The notes under the pieces: generated by a model | The model's input: only the letters and a program-made list of their open reading frames with translations | Told to the model about the DNA's origin: nothing | Databases searched by the model: none | Assembly: GCA_963793425.1 (NCBI GenBank) | Contig: CAWCAG010000005.1 | Coordinates: 1,152,001 to 1,216,000, forward strand | Length of the DNA stretch: 64,000 nucleotides | Reading direction: 5' to 3' | Source: an uncultured cyanobacterium | Lineage (GTDB): Bacteria > Cyanobacteriota > Cyanobacteriia > Cyanobacteriales > CAWCAG01 | Program-made: the position numbers and the translations under genes | Shown here: in pieces, positions 1-9,517 of the stretch | How positions within the stretch are numbered: the stretch's first letter is position 1 | Layout of the letters: each line of letters starts with the position of its first letter

Positions 1-2
1 AA

Positions 3-470
3 CAAGGTTTAACCACCAGGGCGCAGTTAATGGCCCGAATCGCTGGTGCTATGGGGGGCAGGGCAGCAGAAGAAGAGATATTTGGCGATGCAGAAGTGAC
101 TACTGGTGCTGGAGGTGACTTACAACAAGTTACTGGCATGGCTAGGCAAATGGTAACTCGTTTTGGTATGAGTGATTTGGGCCCTCTTTCCTTAGAAGGA
201 CAACAGGGAGAAGTCTTCCTTGGGGGCAATGCTATGAACCGCGCCGAATATTCAGAAGTTGTTGCTGCTAAAATTGATGACCAAGTTCGCATCATTGCTG
301 AACATGGTCATAACTTAGCTAGGGAAATAGTTAGGGAAAATCGCGAAGTGATGGATCGCTTAGTAGATTTATTAATTGAAAAAGAAACCATTGACGGCGA
401 AGAGTTTCGGCAAATTGTTGCTGAGTATACTGATGTACCGGAAAAAGAACAGTATGTGCCTCAGTTGTAG
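3..470 (+). CDS. ftsH: ATP-dependent zinc metalloprotease FtsH, C-terminal part (truncated by window start)
   Basis: Peptidase M41 tail: [45 protein letters not shown]; frame open from position 3. Confidence 0.95.
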   Translation, partial: QGLTTRAQLMARIAGAMGGRAAEEEIFGDAEVTTGAGGDLQQVTGMARQMVTRFGMSDLGPLSLEGQQGEVFLGGNAMNRAEYSEVVAAKIDDQVRIIAEHGHNLAREIVRENREVMDRLVDLLIEKETIDGEEFRQIVAEYTDVPEKEQYVPQL

Positions 471-605
471 GAAGAAGGGAGTGGGGAGTAGGGAGTAGGC
501 AGCAGCCCTTTCTGCTTCAACAATTAGGTTATGGGAGAAGGCGAGGAGAATCGCTTTCTCCTTTTTTTTGTTGTTAAGGAAACGTGTAAACATCCCATTC
601 TTGAT

Positions 606-669
606 GTAGGGGCGACCCAATTGTGTTGATTTATGGGGTACAAAAACAAGGTAAATGGGTCGCCCCTAC
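606..669. repeat. GTAG-type REP-like inverted pair
   Basis: GTAGGGGCGACCCA (606-619) and its exact reverse complement TGGGTCGCCCCTAC (656-669). Confidence 0.75.
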
Positions 670-683
670 GTTTTGGGAATAGT

Positions 684-691
684 GCGATCGC
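684..691. repeat. HIP1 octamer GCGATCGC (one example; recurs throughout the window)
   Basis: Palindromic octamer seen many times in the window; hallmark of cyanobacterial genomes. Confidence 0.9.
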
Positions 692-821
692 AGACTAAAT
701 ACGTTCCTGTATCTACTGGATTCTACTCCTGTTTAAAACCGTTAATTTTTCTTAAATCCTGGAACAAAATACCTGGGAAATTTATCTAGAAATAGGGTCG
801 AACTATAAAATTATTTCTATC

Positions 822-1490
822 ATGTCTAACTTTAAATATGGTCGCTTTGGCATTTCTTTACTAGTTGTTTGCGGTGCGATTGCCACTGCAACAACTCCTT
901 TACTTACAGCCATTCCTGCTTCTGCCCAACTGTTTCCTGCCCAGGAAAATAACAATGTTACTCCGCAACCAATAGTTATGCCTGCTGCAACAACTTTACC
1001 CGTTGAATACAAAGAAGCGGAGAAAATCATTCTCACCAAAGAAGAAACCGTTCCTTTAACCCTGACGGTAGCAGCAAATATTAAAAACAAACAAGGAGAA
1101 GTTTTAATTCCCTATGGCAGTGAAATTATTGGGGAATTACAGCCTAAAGATGGTGGCTCTCAGTTTGTGGCCCAAGAATTAGTTATTAGTACAGAAAAAC
1201 GACAACCTTTACAAGCCACTTCTCAAGTTATTACTCGCACAGAAAAAATTAATGAAGGAACTGATACAGGAGATATTCTGCAAGGGGCAGCTATTGGTGG
1301 TGCAGCAGCAGCAATAATTGCTCTGATTACCGGAGATAATTCTATTGATCTTTTGGAGGTTTTAGGAGGAGCAGGTTTAGGGGCGTTAGGAGGGATTCTC
1401 CTTGGTGGCAAGGAAACTGAGGTTATTTCCATCAACCCTAACGAAGATTTAAAGGTGACTTTGCTTGAAGATTTAAGTTTAGAAAATTAA
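822..1490 (+). CDS. Secreted/membrane hypothetical protein with glycine-zipper-like C-terminal segment
   Basis: Signal peptide ending ASA-Q; GAAIGGAAAAII...GGAGLGALGG. Confidence 0.75.
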   Translation: MSNFKYGRFGISLLVVCGAIATATTPLLTAIPASAQLFPAQENNNVTPQPIVMPAATTLPVEYKEAEKIILTKEETVPLTLTVAANIKNKQGEVLIPYGSEIIGELQPKDGGSQFVAQELVISTEKRQPLQATSQVITRTEKINEGTDTGDILQGAAIGGAAAAIIALITGDNSIDLLEVLGGAGLGALGGILLGGKETEVISINPNEDLKVTLLEDLSLEN

Positions 1491-1645
1491 GGCAAATTTA
1501 GTTGATTTATAGTCTGGAATTTAGTTTAAACCAGATGTAGAAATACAGGGAAAAGTATTGAGTAGTTTAGTGATTTGGCTGCTCTTTATTTCCTATGGTT
1601 AAAAACTTTACTACTTTCTTCATCTAATACTATTTCATAAAAATA

Positions 1646-3055
1646 TTGAAAATGCACAAACAATTTTTCGGAAAACTATCTCTATTCGTATTTATTTTCA
1701 CAGCAACTCCAGGTTTGCTTCCTGCTGGCCCCAACTCACCTTTTTGCCCTCCTGCTGCTTGGGCTAGTAATAGGCATTTCGGTCAAGATGGTCGTGATGG
1801 CAGGGATGGCGAGACTGGCAGAAAAGGTCAATATGGAGAAAATCGCGAGATTTTTGTGGATGGTTCCCCTTTGAATCTCGACATCTCCGGTTCGGATGGA
1901 GAGGAAGGATATGATGGTGAAGATGGTGATCGTGCTAATTGTCACAACCAACCTAGAGATGTACGTCATGACTTAGAAGCTGCTGATGGGGGTGATGGTG
2001 GCGATGGGGGTGATGGTGGCGATGGGGGTGATGGCGGTATTCTTACTGTTTATTACAACAATATTGCCGACTTACGCCAAATTAATGTCCGTGCAGAAGG
2101 AGGAAGAGGAGGAGAATCAGGAGATTCTGGTTATGGTACAGCAGGTTGCAGTTGTCGGTGGCGACGTTGGGAGAAACGAACTTGTACTGGCAATCCAGGA
2201 GATCCTAATTATAGTTGCAAAACTGAAGAATTTGACTGTGAAGATGGGGAAAATGGCAGAGATGGTAGACGAGGTAGAAGAGGTAATAAAGGTGAATTGG
2301 GCAGGTTAGCACTAGTTAAAGACAATCAAAGATTAGCAGCAGATCAACCAACAGCTAATGTTTCTCTCTCTTCAGCCGCAGATAGGACTATCTCTTTATC
2401 TAAAAATATTTGGCAAACTCGGCGGGGGGCAAATTCTCTTTTAGCATCTGGTTCTATTATTAGCGATGAATATGATGAGTTTGTTGAACGTGTTGAAGGG
2501 GAGTTTCAGGTAGTTTGGAATGCTTCGCGCCCAATTACAGACTTTTATAATCAAAATCTTAGCTTAACTCTTGAGGGTCGCAACGATGTTAATATTGTTT
2601 CCCCTGAAGATGTTTGGTTAGAAAGTGAAACTTCCCAAAATAATGGCATCACTCAACTTAATATCACCAAAGCTGTTTTACGTCAAGAAGCAACTCAATT
2701 AACTAGGGCTGATTTTGCTGGTAATCGTTCTGGCTTAACTTTTAGCCTTATTGACAAAGCCAGACAGTCTGATGTCCTTGCTACTCAATTCCGCATTAAG
2801 TATCGTACAGGCAAAGACAGAAGTGGACCAAGACCTGATTCTGTGTTTAATTACACCACTAGATATGAAGGGACGATTCCTGGGGAACTAGTTAAACTGG
2901 AGGGACAACGCTTTACCCTAGATTTGGGTAAACTTCCTATTGATAGCGAATATCTTAGACCAGGAGTTAATGTTGATCTTGAAATTACGGCTGTTCGTTC
3001 TTTAGGAGGACGTTCGGCTGAACAAACCATTTCTTGGAAAGGAGAGATTGATTAA
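1646..3055 (+). CDS. Collagen-like (Gly-X-Y repeat) secreted protein
   Basis: Signal peptide, GxDGxDG and GGDGGD repeats, Cys-rich segment; ATG at 1652 is the likely start. Confidence 0.8.
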   Translation: MKMHKQFFGKLSLFVFIFTATPGLLPAGPNSPFCPPAAWASNRHFGQDGRDGRDGETGRKGQYGENREIFVDGSPLNLDISGSDGEEGYDGEDGDRANCHNQPRDVRHDLEAADGGDGGDGGDGGDGGDGGILTVYYNNIADLRQINVRAEGGRGGESGDSGYGTAGCSCRWRRWEKRTCTGNPGDPNYSCKTEEFDCEDGENGRDGRRGRRGNKGELGRLALVKDNQRLAADQPTANVSLSSAADRTISLSKNIWQTRRGANSLLASGSIISDEYDEFVERVEGEFQVVWNASRPITDFYNQNLSLTLEGRNDVNIVSPEDVWLESETSQNNGITQLNITKAVLRQEATQLTRADFAGNRSGLTFSLIDKARQSDVLATQFRIKYRTGKDRSGPRPDSVFNYTTRYEGTIPGELVKLEGQRFTLDLGKLPIDSEYLRPGVNVDLEITAVRSLGGRSAEQTISWKGEID

Positions 3056-3099
3056 GGCCGCATCCTCTAGCAATATATACAAGTTTTCGGAGAAAATTA

Positions 3100-4083
3100 A
3101 TGAAGAAAGTCTTTTTAGTCGGTTCCCTAATGCTTCTTTTGGTAGGATGTGGTAACAAGGATTCTGCTTCTAATAAGTCTGTTAGCAGTGTTGGTACTCA
3201 GAAGTCTGAAGCGGCGGTTGAGTCTCAAGATTCTCAAGCAGTTGTGAACACAAAAGTAGAATTAATTAACCCAGGTGCTGAACCCAGACAAGAGTTACGT
3301 TTTGCCCCCAAGGTAAATCAGGAACAAACTGTCCAGATGAATATGCAAATGGAGATGAGTATGTCTTTAGCGGGGCAAACCCAACCTGCTTTTAAGAGTC
3401 CGCAGATGCAGATGACGGTGGAAGCGAAGGTAACAGATGTAGATGAAAATGGCGATATCCATGTTGATTTTTCCTATACCGATGCTGATGTTGTTGCTGA
3501 CAGCAATACTTCCCCTGAGATGGCTGAGGCGATGCGTAACCAAATTAAACAAATCGTCGGCTTCAAAGGTTCTATGGTTGTAGATTCTATGGGTAACACC
3601 AAAGATGTGAATTTTGACTTACCTGAAAGCGTTGACCCCAACAGCAAGCAGATGTTGGAACAGATGTTAAACTCCTTAAAACAATTATCGTCCCCTGTTC
3701 CGGCTCAAGCTGTGGGAGAAGGGGCAAAGTGGCAGGTTGATAATACTTTAACGGCTAATGGCATTACTTTAGACCAAGTTTCTACCTACGAAGTAGAAAG
3801 CTTACAAGGAGATACTGTTACCCTAAAAACCACTGTACAACAACAAGCAGACCCCCAAAAAGTTAGTCCTCCTGGTTTGCCTCCCAATGCTTCTATTAAC
3901 TTGCAATCTCTAAATTCCCAAGGCGAAGGTACATTCACCATTAAGTTAGACCAAATCTTGCCTACCAGCGCAACTATGGCCATAACTTCCGATACACAAA
4001 TGGCGGTTAAACAACCCGATAGTCAAGAGGAAATTCCTATGGGGATGAATATGGTGATGAATATGAGTTTGCAAGGGCAGTAA
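3100..4083 (+). CDS. Lipoprotein of unknown function (DUF6263-like)
   Basis: Lipobox LLVGC; PGAEPRQELRF and P.PAQAVGEGAKW motifs. Confidence 0.7.
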   Translation: MKKVFLVGSLMLLLVGCGNKDSASNKSVSSVGTQKSEAAVESQDSQAVVNTKVELINPGAEPRQELRFAPKVNQEQTVQMNMQMEMSMSLAGQTQPAFKSPQMQMTVEAKVTDVDENGDIHVDFSYTDADVVADSNTSPEMAEAMRNQIKQIVGFKGSMVVDSMGNTKDVNFDLPESVDPNSKQMLEQMLNSLKQLSSPVPAQAVGEGAKWQVDNTLTANGITLDQVSTYEVESLQGDTVTLKTTVQQQADPQKVSPPGLPPNASINLQSLNSQGEGTFTIKLDQILPTSATMAITSDTQMAVKQPDSQEEIPMGMNMVMNMSLQGQ

Positions 4084-4110
4084 AGTATTCTGTTTTATGA
4101 AGAGGTTTGT

Positions 4111-4695
4111 ATGGTTAAACAGTTTGTTGCAATCCAAAAACATAATTACACTCCAGAAGAATATCTAGAGTTAGAAGCTAAAGCTGAATATAAAAGTGAA
4201 TATTTAGATGGGAAAATTATTCCTATGACAGGAGGCACTACCAATCATAATAAAATCGCTGGTAACTTTTATCGTCAGTTTCCTTTAACTATTGCTGGCC
4301 AAGATTATGATATTTATATAGGCGATGTGCGCCTATGGATTCCTGAATATCGCCATTATACTTATCCAGATATCATGATAGTTGAAGGAGAGACTGTTTA
4401 TGAAGGGAAAGGTACAACTACAATTACTAATCCCTTAATTGTTATGGAGGTTTTATCAAAATCTACCCAACAAACTGATAAAACTTCTAAATTTCGTTAC
4501 TATCGTTCTCTTCCTAGCTTCCAAGAATATATTTTAGTCAATCAATACAGTTATTATGCAGAGCAATATGTAAAACAAAAAAACGAACAATGGCTACTGC
4601 GTGACTATCAAGGAGAAGAGTCGATTTTAGCTTTGGCTAATCTAGAATTTGAAATTTCTTTTCTAGAGTTATACAAAAGGGTTAGTTTTACTTAA
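4111..4695 (+). CDS. Uma2 family restriction-like endonuclease
   Basis: YTPEEYLELE..AEYKSEY.DG.IIPMTGGTTNHN, YPD, EVLSKST. Confidence 0.9.
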   Translation: MVKQFVAIQKHNYTPEEYLELEAKAEYKSEYLDGKIIPMTGGTTNHNKIAGNFYRQFPLTIAGQDYDIYIGDVRLWIPEYRHYTYPDIMIVEGETVYEGKGTTTITNPLIVMEVLSKSTQQTDKTSKFRYYRSLPSFQEYILVNQYSYYAEQYVKQKNEQWLLRDYQGEESILALANLEFEISFLELYKRVSFT

Positions 4696-4862
4696 AAAGA
4701 TTGATGTTTTAGGAAAGGGCGAGTACATTGAGTCTTCTTTGAGTCCTACTTTTCCTTGTTTTCTTATTGTTGAAGGGATTGAGCAGTTTGTGCAATGAGT
4801 TTAAATGCGGCTTTCAGGGAACTCCAGAAAAGAAAGCACCGATGAGAGGCAATTGAGCAAAT

Positions 4863-4972
4863 AGTATAAGCAATAATATGTCTAAATTAATTTTTAGATT
4901 AAATCTTTTGAATTTACATAACTTCAACTTAAAATTTGTCAAGGCCAGAAAGTTGCTGCAAAAGACGCATTT
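4863..4972 (+). repeat. Degenerate dispersed repeat (MITE-like end); inverted copy at about 60753-60861
   Basis: 4906-4972 TTTTGAATTTACATAACTTCAACTTAAAATTTGTCAAGGCCAGAAAGTTGCTGCAAAAGACGCATTT aligns with the reverse complement of 60753-60819. Confidence 0.75.
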
Positions 4973-5302
4973 GTGTGGTTTAATGGAATAATTAAAAAAT
5001 CATACTGCTCCTCTTGTATGCAAAATTTATATCTAATCCTTACAAGCAAGCTAAACCGTTGATTAAGCTACCATTTTCCTCAAAATTGTAGTGATTAGAA
5101 CTACTTTGTTAATCAAATATTGAGGGCGATTACAAAAGTTTTTTTGACAAATATGACTCTTTGGCTTAAAGTGTGTAATTTCAAATTGTGACCTTTGTCT
5201 CTAAACATTCAACGGAACACAAAAAAGCGATTAAGCATTGGTGACAAGTCAAGCAAAAGCACAAGTAGAATCATCTCCCTAGCTCCCCACCTCCCCCTGT
5301 AC

Positions 5303-5308
5303 TATAAT
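5303..5308 (+). promoter_or_regulatory. Candidate -10 box of the RT gene
   Basis: Perfect TATAAT 28 nt upstream of the RT ATG. Confidence 0.45.
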
Positions 5309-5336
5309 CTCTTCAGACATCTATTTTTCCGAAATA

Positions 5337-6740
5337 ATGACCGAGCAACCCCGTAACCGTCAGGAACTCTATGATCTTGTTCGCGCAAGAGGGAAACAAG
5401 AATTTATTTTAGAAGAAATGACTCGCTTGGGTTTTTGGCCAGAGGAAGGAGAAATTCCCCAAGATCCGGCTGATGAAATCCGTCGCACAGGAGAGATTCG
5501 CAGAGAGTTAGAGCTGTTACGGCAAGAAAGTTCCCGACTTCACAACGAAAAAGCCCTTCGTAAAGAAGCTTTGAAGCAGAGGTTAGCAGAATCTCGGCGC
5601 AAACAGGCGGAAACCAAAGCAAGGCGGGAAAGAGAGCGACAGGAACGCGCAGAAGCTTGGCAGCAACGACAAGAGCAAGATATTGTTTATTTAGGGGAAG
5701 GAGTTTCAGGGGGACTTAATCATACCAACTGCGACGAAGAAAGGTTGCAATCGCGAGATTTACCACTCCTGGGAACAGCCCAGGAAATTGCCCAAGCAAT
5801 GGAAATTAGCATCGGGCAGTTGCGTTTCCTCGCTTTTAACCGCAAAACAGCTACTATCTCCCATTACATACGCTTCAAAATTCCGAAAAAGACGGGGGGA
5901 GAGCGACTAATATCGGCTCCTTTGCCGAAGTTAAAACAAGCCCAACACTGGCTTTTAAGCAATATTTTAGCAAAAATAGCCATTAATGATGCCGCTCATG
6001 GTTTTCGCCGCGATCGCTCTATAGTAACCAATGCTCAACCCCATGTTGGTGCTGATATTGTGATTAATTTTGACCTTAAGGATTTTTTCCCTTCTATCTC
6101 CTACAAAAGGGTTAAAGGATTGTTTCGCTCCTTCGGTTACTCAGAAGCTGCCGCCACTATTTTCGCTTTGTTATCTACCGAAGCAGCATTAGAAACAGTA
6201 CAACTAGATAATCAAACCTATTATGTCGCTTTAGGAGAGCGTCATTTACCCCAAGGCTCCCCGGCTTCCCCCGCTATTTCTAACCTTCTCTGTCGCCGTT
6301 TAGATAAACGCTTAACCACTGCAGCCGCAGAATTAGGCTTTACCTATACCCGCTATGCCGATGATCTCACCTTTTCAGCTTCTGGCGATCATCTCCGCTA
6401 TGTTTGTAATCTCCTTCGCCGTACTGAATCAATTGTTAGTCATGAAGGTTTTACCATTAACCCAGAAAAAACCAGGATCTTACGTCGCAAATCTAGCCAA
6501 TTAGAAGTAACTGGAGTTGTGGTTAACGAATTTCTTAACTTAGACCGTAAAACTCTCAAGCGCTTCCGTGCGACTTTGTACCAAATTGAAAAAGATGGCT
6601 TAACGGGAAAAACCTGGGGAAATTCCAACGATCTCCTGGCAGCAATCCAAGGTTTCAGTAATTTTGTGGACATGGTTAATTCAGTTAAAGGAAGCCAGTT
6701 TCAAGCACAAGTTAAGCGTATTAAGGAAAAGTGGTGTTGA
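5337..6740 (+). CDS. Retron-type reverse transcriptase with long charged N-terminal extension
   Basis: IPKKTGGERLISAP, AHGF, retron region X NAQPH (NAxxH), DLKDFFPSI, LPQGSPASP, YTRYADDLTFS, region Y VTG (LEVTGVVVN). Confidence 0.92.
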   Translation: MTEQPRNRQELYDLVRARGKQEFILEEMTRLGFWPEEGEIPQDPADEIRRTGEIRRELELLRQESSRLHNEKALRKEALKQRLAESRRKQAETKARRERERQERAEAWQQRQEQDIVYLGEGVSGGLNHTNCDEERLQSRDLPLLGTAQEIAQAMEISIGQLRFLAFNRKTATISHYIRFKIPKKTGGERLISAPLPKLKQAQHWLLSNILAKIAINDAAHGFRRDRSIVTNAQPHVGADIVINFDLKDFFPSISYKRVKGLFRSFGYSEAAATIFALLSTEAALETVQLDNQTYYVALGERHLPQGSPASPAISNLLCRRLDKRLTTAAAELGFTYTRYADDLTFSASGDHLRYVCNLLRRTESIVSHEGFTINPEKTRILRRKSSQLEVTGVVVNEFLNLDRKTLKRFRATLYQIEKDGLTGKTWGNSNDLLAAIQGFSNFVDMVNSVKGSQFQAQVKRIKEKWC

Positions 6741-6839
6741 AAATCCGTTTAACTTTTGCTCAGACTAAAAAAGACTGCTGCTATCACAATTAAACATAAA
6801 AGAGCCAAGGGAACCAAAAGATTTAAAGGTTCGATCATC

Positions 6840-7589
6840 TCAAAAGGGAAAGGCAAATTTTTGGGAAGAAGCTTGTGTAGAATTAACTTGAGCAACAGCT
6901 TCTGCTAGAGGAACCAACCGTACTTCTTGCTGTTCTACCCTTACTTGATAAGCTAAACTATGGGTAAAGTCCAAAGCAGTCAGCCAGCCACTTTTACGGT
7001 GATAAGCTCCGGTATCAATATCTAACCAGCCCGGCCCTGAAGCGATTTTTCCTGGAGGTACTCCTGGTAGGGTAAAGGTAATGGTATGTCCTGTAATAAT
7101 TAATTTATCAGGAAAATAAGGTTTAGTGGTGCGGTGAAACTCTTCCCTAATCCAACAAAACTGTTCAGAAGTTTGTTGATCTAAAGGTAAATTAGGATTA
7201 ACTCCTGCATGAACCAGCCAAATATTCCCTAAATCGAGATAATTGGGTAAAGTGCGTAGCCATTCAATATGCTCTTTAGGAATACCTTCTTCCCCATAAC
7301 TAGCTATGGTGGCATAACCACCACTATACAGCCAAGCTTGTAGCGCTGCTTCAGAAGTAAATTCTTGATCCAAAACAGCAAGTAACATATCTTCGTGGTT
7401 GCCTAAAATACAAGAATAGTTATTCTGCATTACTAACTCAATTACTTGAGAACTTTTTGGTCCTCTATCAATAAGATCCCCAAGGAAATATACTCGATCT
7501 TGCTGTCCAGGAGCAACCGCTTCCAATAATATTTTCAAAGCATCGTAGTGACCATGAACATCACCAATCAAAATCTGGCGCTTTGTCAT
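6840..7589 (-). CDS. Calcineurin-like metallophosphoesterase (Ser/Thr phosphatase family)
   Basis: GDVHG, GDLIDRGP, GNHE, HAG, GHT, DTG motifs. Confidence 0.9.
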   Translation of the reverse strand: MTKRQILIGDVHGHYDALKILLEAVAPGQQDRVYFLGDLIDRGPKSSQVIELVMQNNYSCILGNHEDMLLAVLDQEFTSEAALQAWLYSGGYATIASYGEEGIPKEHIEWLRTLPNYLDLGNIWLVHAGVNPNLPLDQQTSEQFCWIREEFHRTTKPYFPDKLIITGHTITFTLPGVPPGKIASGPGWLDIDTGAYHRKSGWLTALDFTHSLAYQVRVEQQEVRLVPLAEAVAQVNSTQASSQKFAFPF

Positions 7590-7904
7590 TGCTGCTGTTT
7601 ACACTCTCAAACTGAACTTAAGTGCTAGTACTGGGAAGCTCCCTGCTTTTTGCTTAACTAGCCTAGAGATGACTAACTATCAATGGATACAAACCCAAAG
7701 TAACCAAAATTTTGGTTTCTCTTAGATCGCCCCTCAAGTGAGGTTGTGTTGTCCAAAAGTTAGTACTACTTCCCTTATTTTGCCCTTAGCCTCAATATTA
7801 GTTCCTATTGGGATAAATAGAATCTGCAAAAAGTAAAATTAGCAATAAGTTTTAGGGATAAGCTGTCACACAGAAAAAAATGCTTGTTTGATGTTGAGGT
7901 GATG

Positions 7905-7937
7905 GTGATACCAAATCCTAGTGAGCGGCATGACTTA
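7905..7937. repeat. MITE-like terminal repeat; inverted copy at 54123-54156
   Basis: GTGATACCAAATCCT-N8/9-GCATGACTTA at both sites, each near GGGAGTAGGG STRR units. Confidence 0.65.
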
Positions 7938-8034
7938 TCTGTGAGGGTACCGAAGCGTTGCCGTTAGGTTACAGGGAATAGGGAGCAGGGAGTAGGGTTT
8001 GAGAAATTTTCCAGTAGATTTTATATTAGCTAAT

Positions 8035-8214
8035 TTAGTTTGCTACTTTTACTAAGCCGCGTTCTACACCATAAAACAACCTTTTAATTAAGGTGCGCTC
8101 AGTTTCTTCAATACCGTCTTCTTGTAAAAGAGATGTGATTAATTTTTGCTCAACAAGAGAAATAATGCGGGCAGACATGATTTGGCAGAACAGCTCTTGG
8201 ATATCGGTCTTCAT
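8035..8214 (-). CDS. Small hypothetical protein (59 aa), absent from the ORF track
   Basis: Hand translation MKTDIQELFCQIMSARIISLVEQKLITSLLQEDGIEETERTLIKRLFYGVERGLVKVAN*; resembles a cyanobacterial small-protein family ending IxRLxYxxxRGxxxV. Confidence 0.6.
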   Translation of the reverse strand: MKTDIQELFCQIMSARIISLVEQKLITSLLQEDGIEETERTLIKRLFYGVERGLVKVAN

Positions 8215-8425
8215 GGCTTCTCAAAAATTGCGTGTTGACTGAAAACTTTGTTTCCCTTATGTATATAAGTATCGACTTTGTGAGCTACTATTTCCGTGAC
8301 TCAGTAATTATATTGAAGTGATAAAAGTTTGTTTTTGTAGTGACCGCGATCGCACCCTAATTTTCTCTTTTTAAAAGTAATCTTTTCTTAGCAACTAAAT
8401 AAAAATATCTGTTTTATTCACTGTT

Positions 8426-9145
8426 TTAAAAGGTTCGCAAAACTACTCCATCTAAGTTCGCTCCCAATAAATTAGCTCCATCTAAATTAGCTCCACTTAG
8501 GTCTACACCTGTTAAATCTGTTTGACTTAAATTTGCTTCCTCTAAATTAGCGCCGCTTAAATCTGCCTTACGGAAGTTGGCTCTTCCTAAGTTAGCTCCG
8601 GTAAGATTAGTATCAACCAAATCTGCTCCTAAAAAGTTTGCCCTATCTAAATTAGCTCCGGTTAAGTCTGCTTGGCTCAGATCCGCTCCGGTTAAGTCTG
8701 CTTGACTGAAATTACTTCGCAAACCGATGGCTTGAGCAAGATTAGCTCCCACAAGGTTAGCTTGGCTAAGATCAGCCCCAGTGAGGTTAGCTCTAACTAA
8801 GTTAGCTTTGGTAAGATTAGCTTTGGTAAGATTAGCTCGCATTAAGTAAATTTTTTTCAGACAAACTCGACTGAGATTCGCTTCTTCTAAGTCTGCTTGA
8901 ATACAAATTGCTTCTGTTAAGTTGGCTCTAGTTAAATCTGCTTTAACTAAATTAGCCTCGGTAAAATTTACTCTAGTAAGGTTAGCTTCGAGGAGTTCGG
9001 CTAAAGAGAAGTTTACTTTAGTTAAATCCCTCTCGGCTAAAACAACTCCAATTAAGTCAGGTACTAACTGGAGATTTTCAATTCTCCAGTTATTCCAGGT
9101 GATGATGCCTTGATCTAACAGAGCAATATGGTTGGGATCAGCCAT
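8426..9145 (-). CDS. Pentapeptide repeat protein
   Basis: Continuous A(N/D)Lxx repeats; WNNWR N-terminal motif. Confidence 0.95.
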   Translation of the reverse strand: MADPNHIALLDQGIITWNNWRIENLQLVPDLIGVVLAERDLTKVNFSLAELLEANLTRVNFTEANLVKADLTRANLTEAICIQADLEEANLSRVCLKKIYLMRANLTKANLTKANLVRANLTGADLSQANLVGANLAQAIGLRSNFSQADLTGADLSQADLTGANLDRANFLGADLVDTNLTGANLGRANFRKADLSGANLEEANLSQTDLTGVDLSGANLDGANLLGANLDGVVLRTF

Positions 9146-9517
9146 GTAAAAGTAGGGTTTCGGATGAAAATTAACTTTTGTTAAGTTTAATTGTAAAGGA
9201 ATTTCAAGAAAATTAACAATTAGTTAATGTTTCATTAGTTTGCGTTATTATATCTAACTAGTTTGATAATTTGGATAGCTAGTGATTACTCCTAGTAGTC
9301 CTATCCCGAAAGGCTCATGTTCAGCTACTATTCTGGCAAGAATTCAGCAAGGTGGTTTGGTTTCTAGGCGTTTGAGCAATGATCACAAAGATGCACTCAG
9401 AGCTTTTTTAGAATTATCTTAGAAGCATTTGAGTGTTTTCATTTGGATAAGTTAGGCTTTAGCAAGAAAAATAGCTAATCTAAATTTATATCTTTTGGGA
9501 TAAAATAAATTACCTCC

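Noticed and set aside
1985..2036. Tandem nucleotide repeat resembling an array
   Set aside because: It simply encodes GGDGGD collagen-like repeats within the CDS and has no spacers.
5337..6740. RT as a group II intron, DGR or CRISPR-associated RT
   Set aside because: It has the retron NAxxH and VTG motifs. I saw no maturase/domain V, no adjacent TR/VR pair and no cas1.
6840..7589. Phosphoesterase as the retron effector
   Set aside because: It is convergently transcribed and looks like a widespread cyanobacterial housekeeping phosphatase. Proximity is the only link.
8440..9000. 15-nt periodic repeats
   Set aside because: Explained by pentapeptide-repeat coding.
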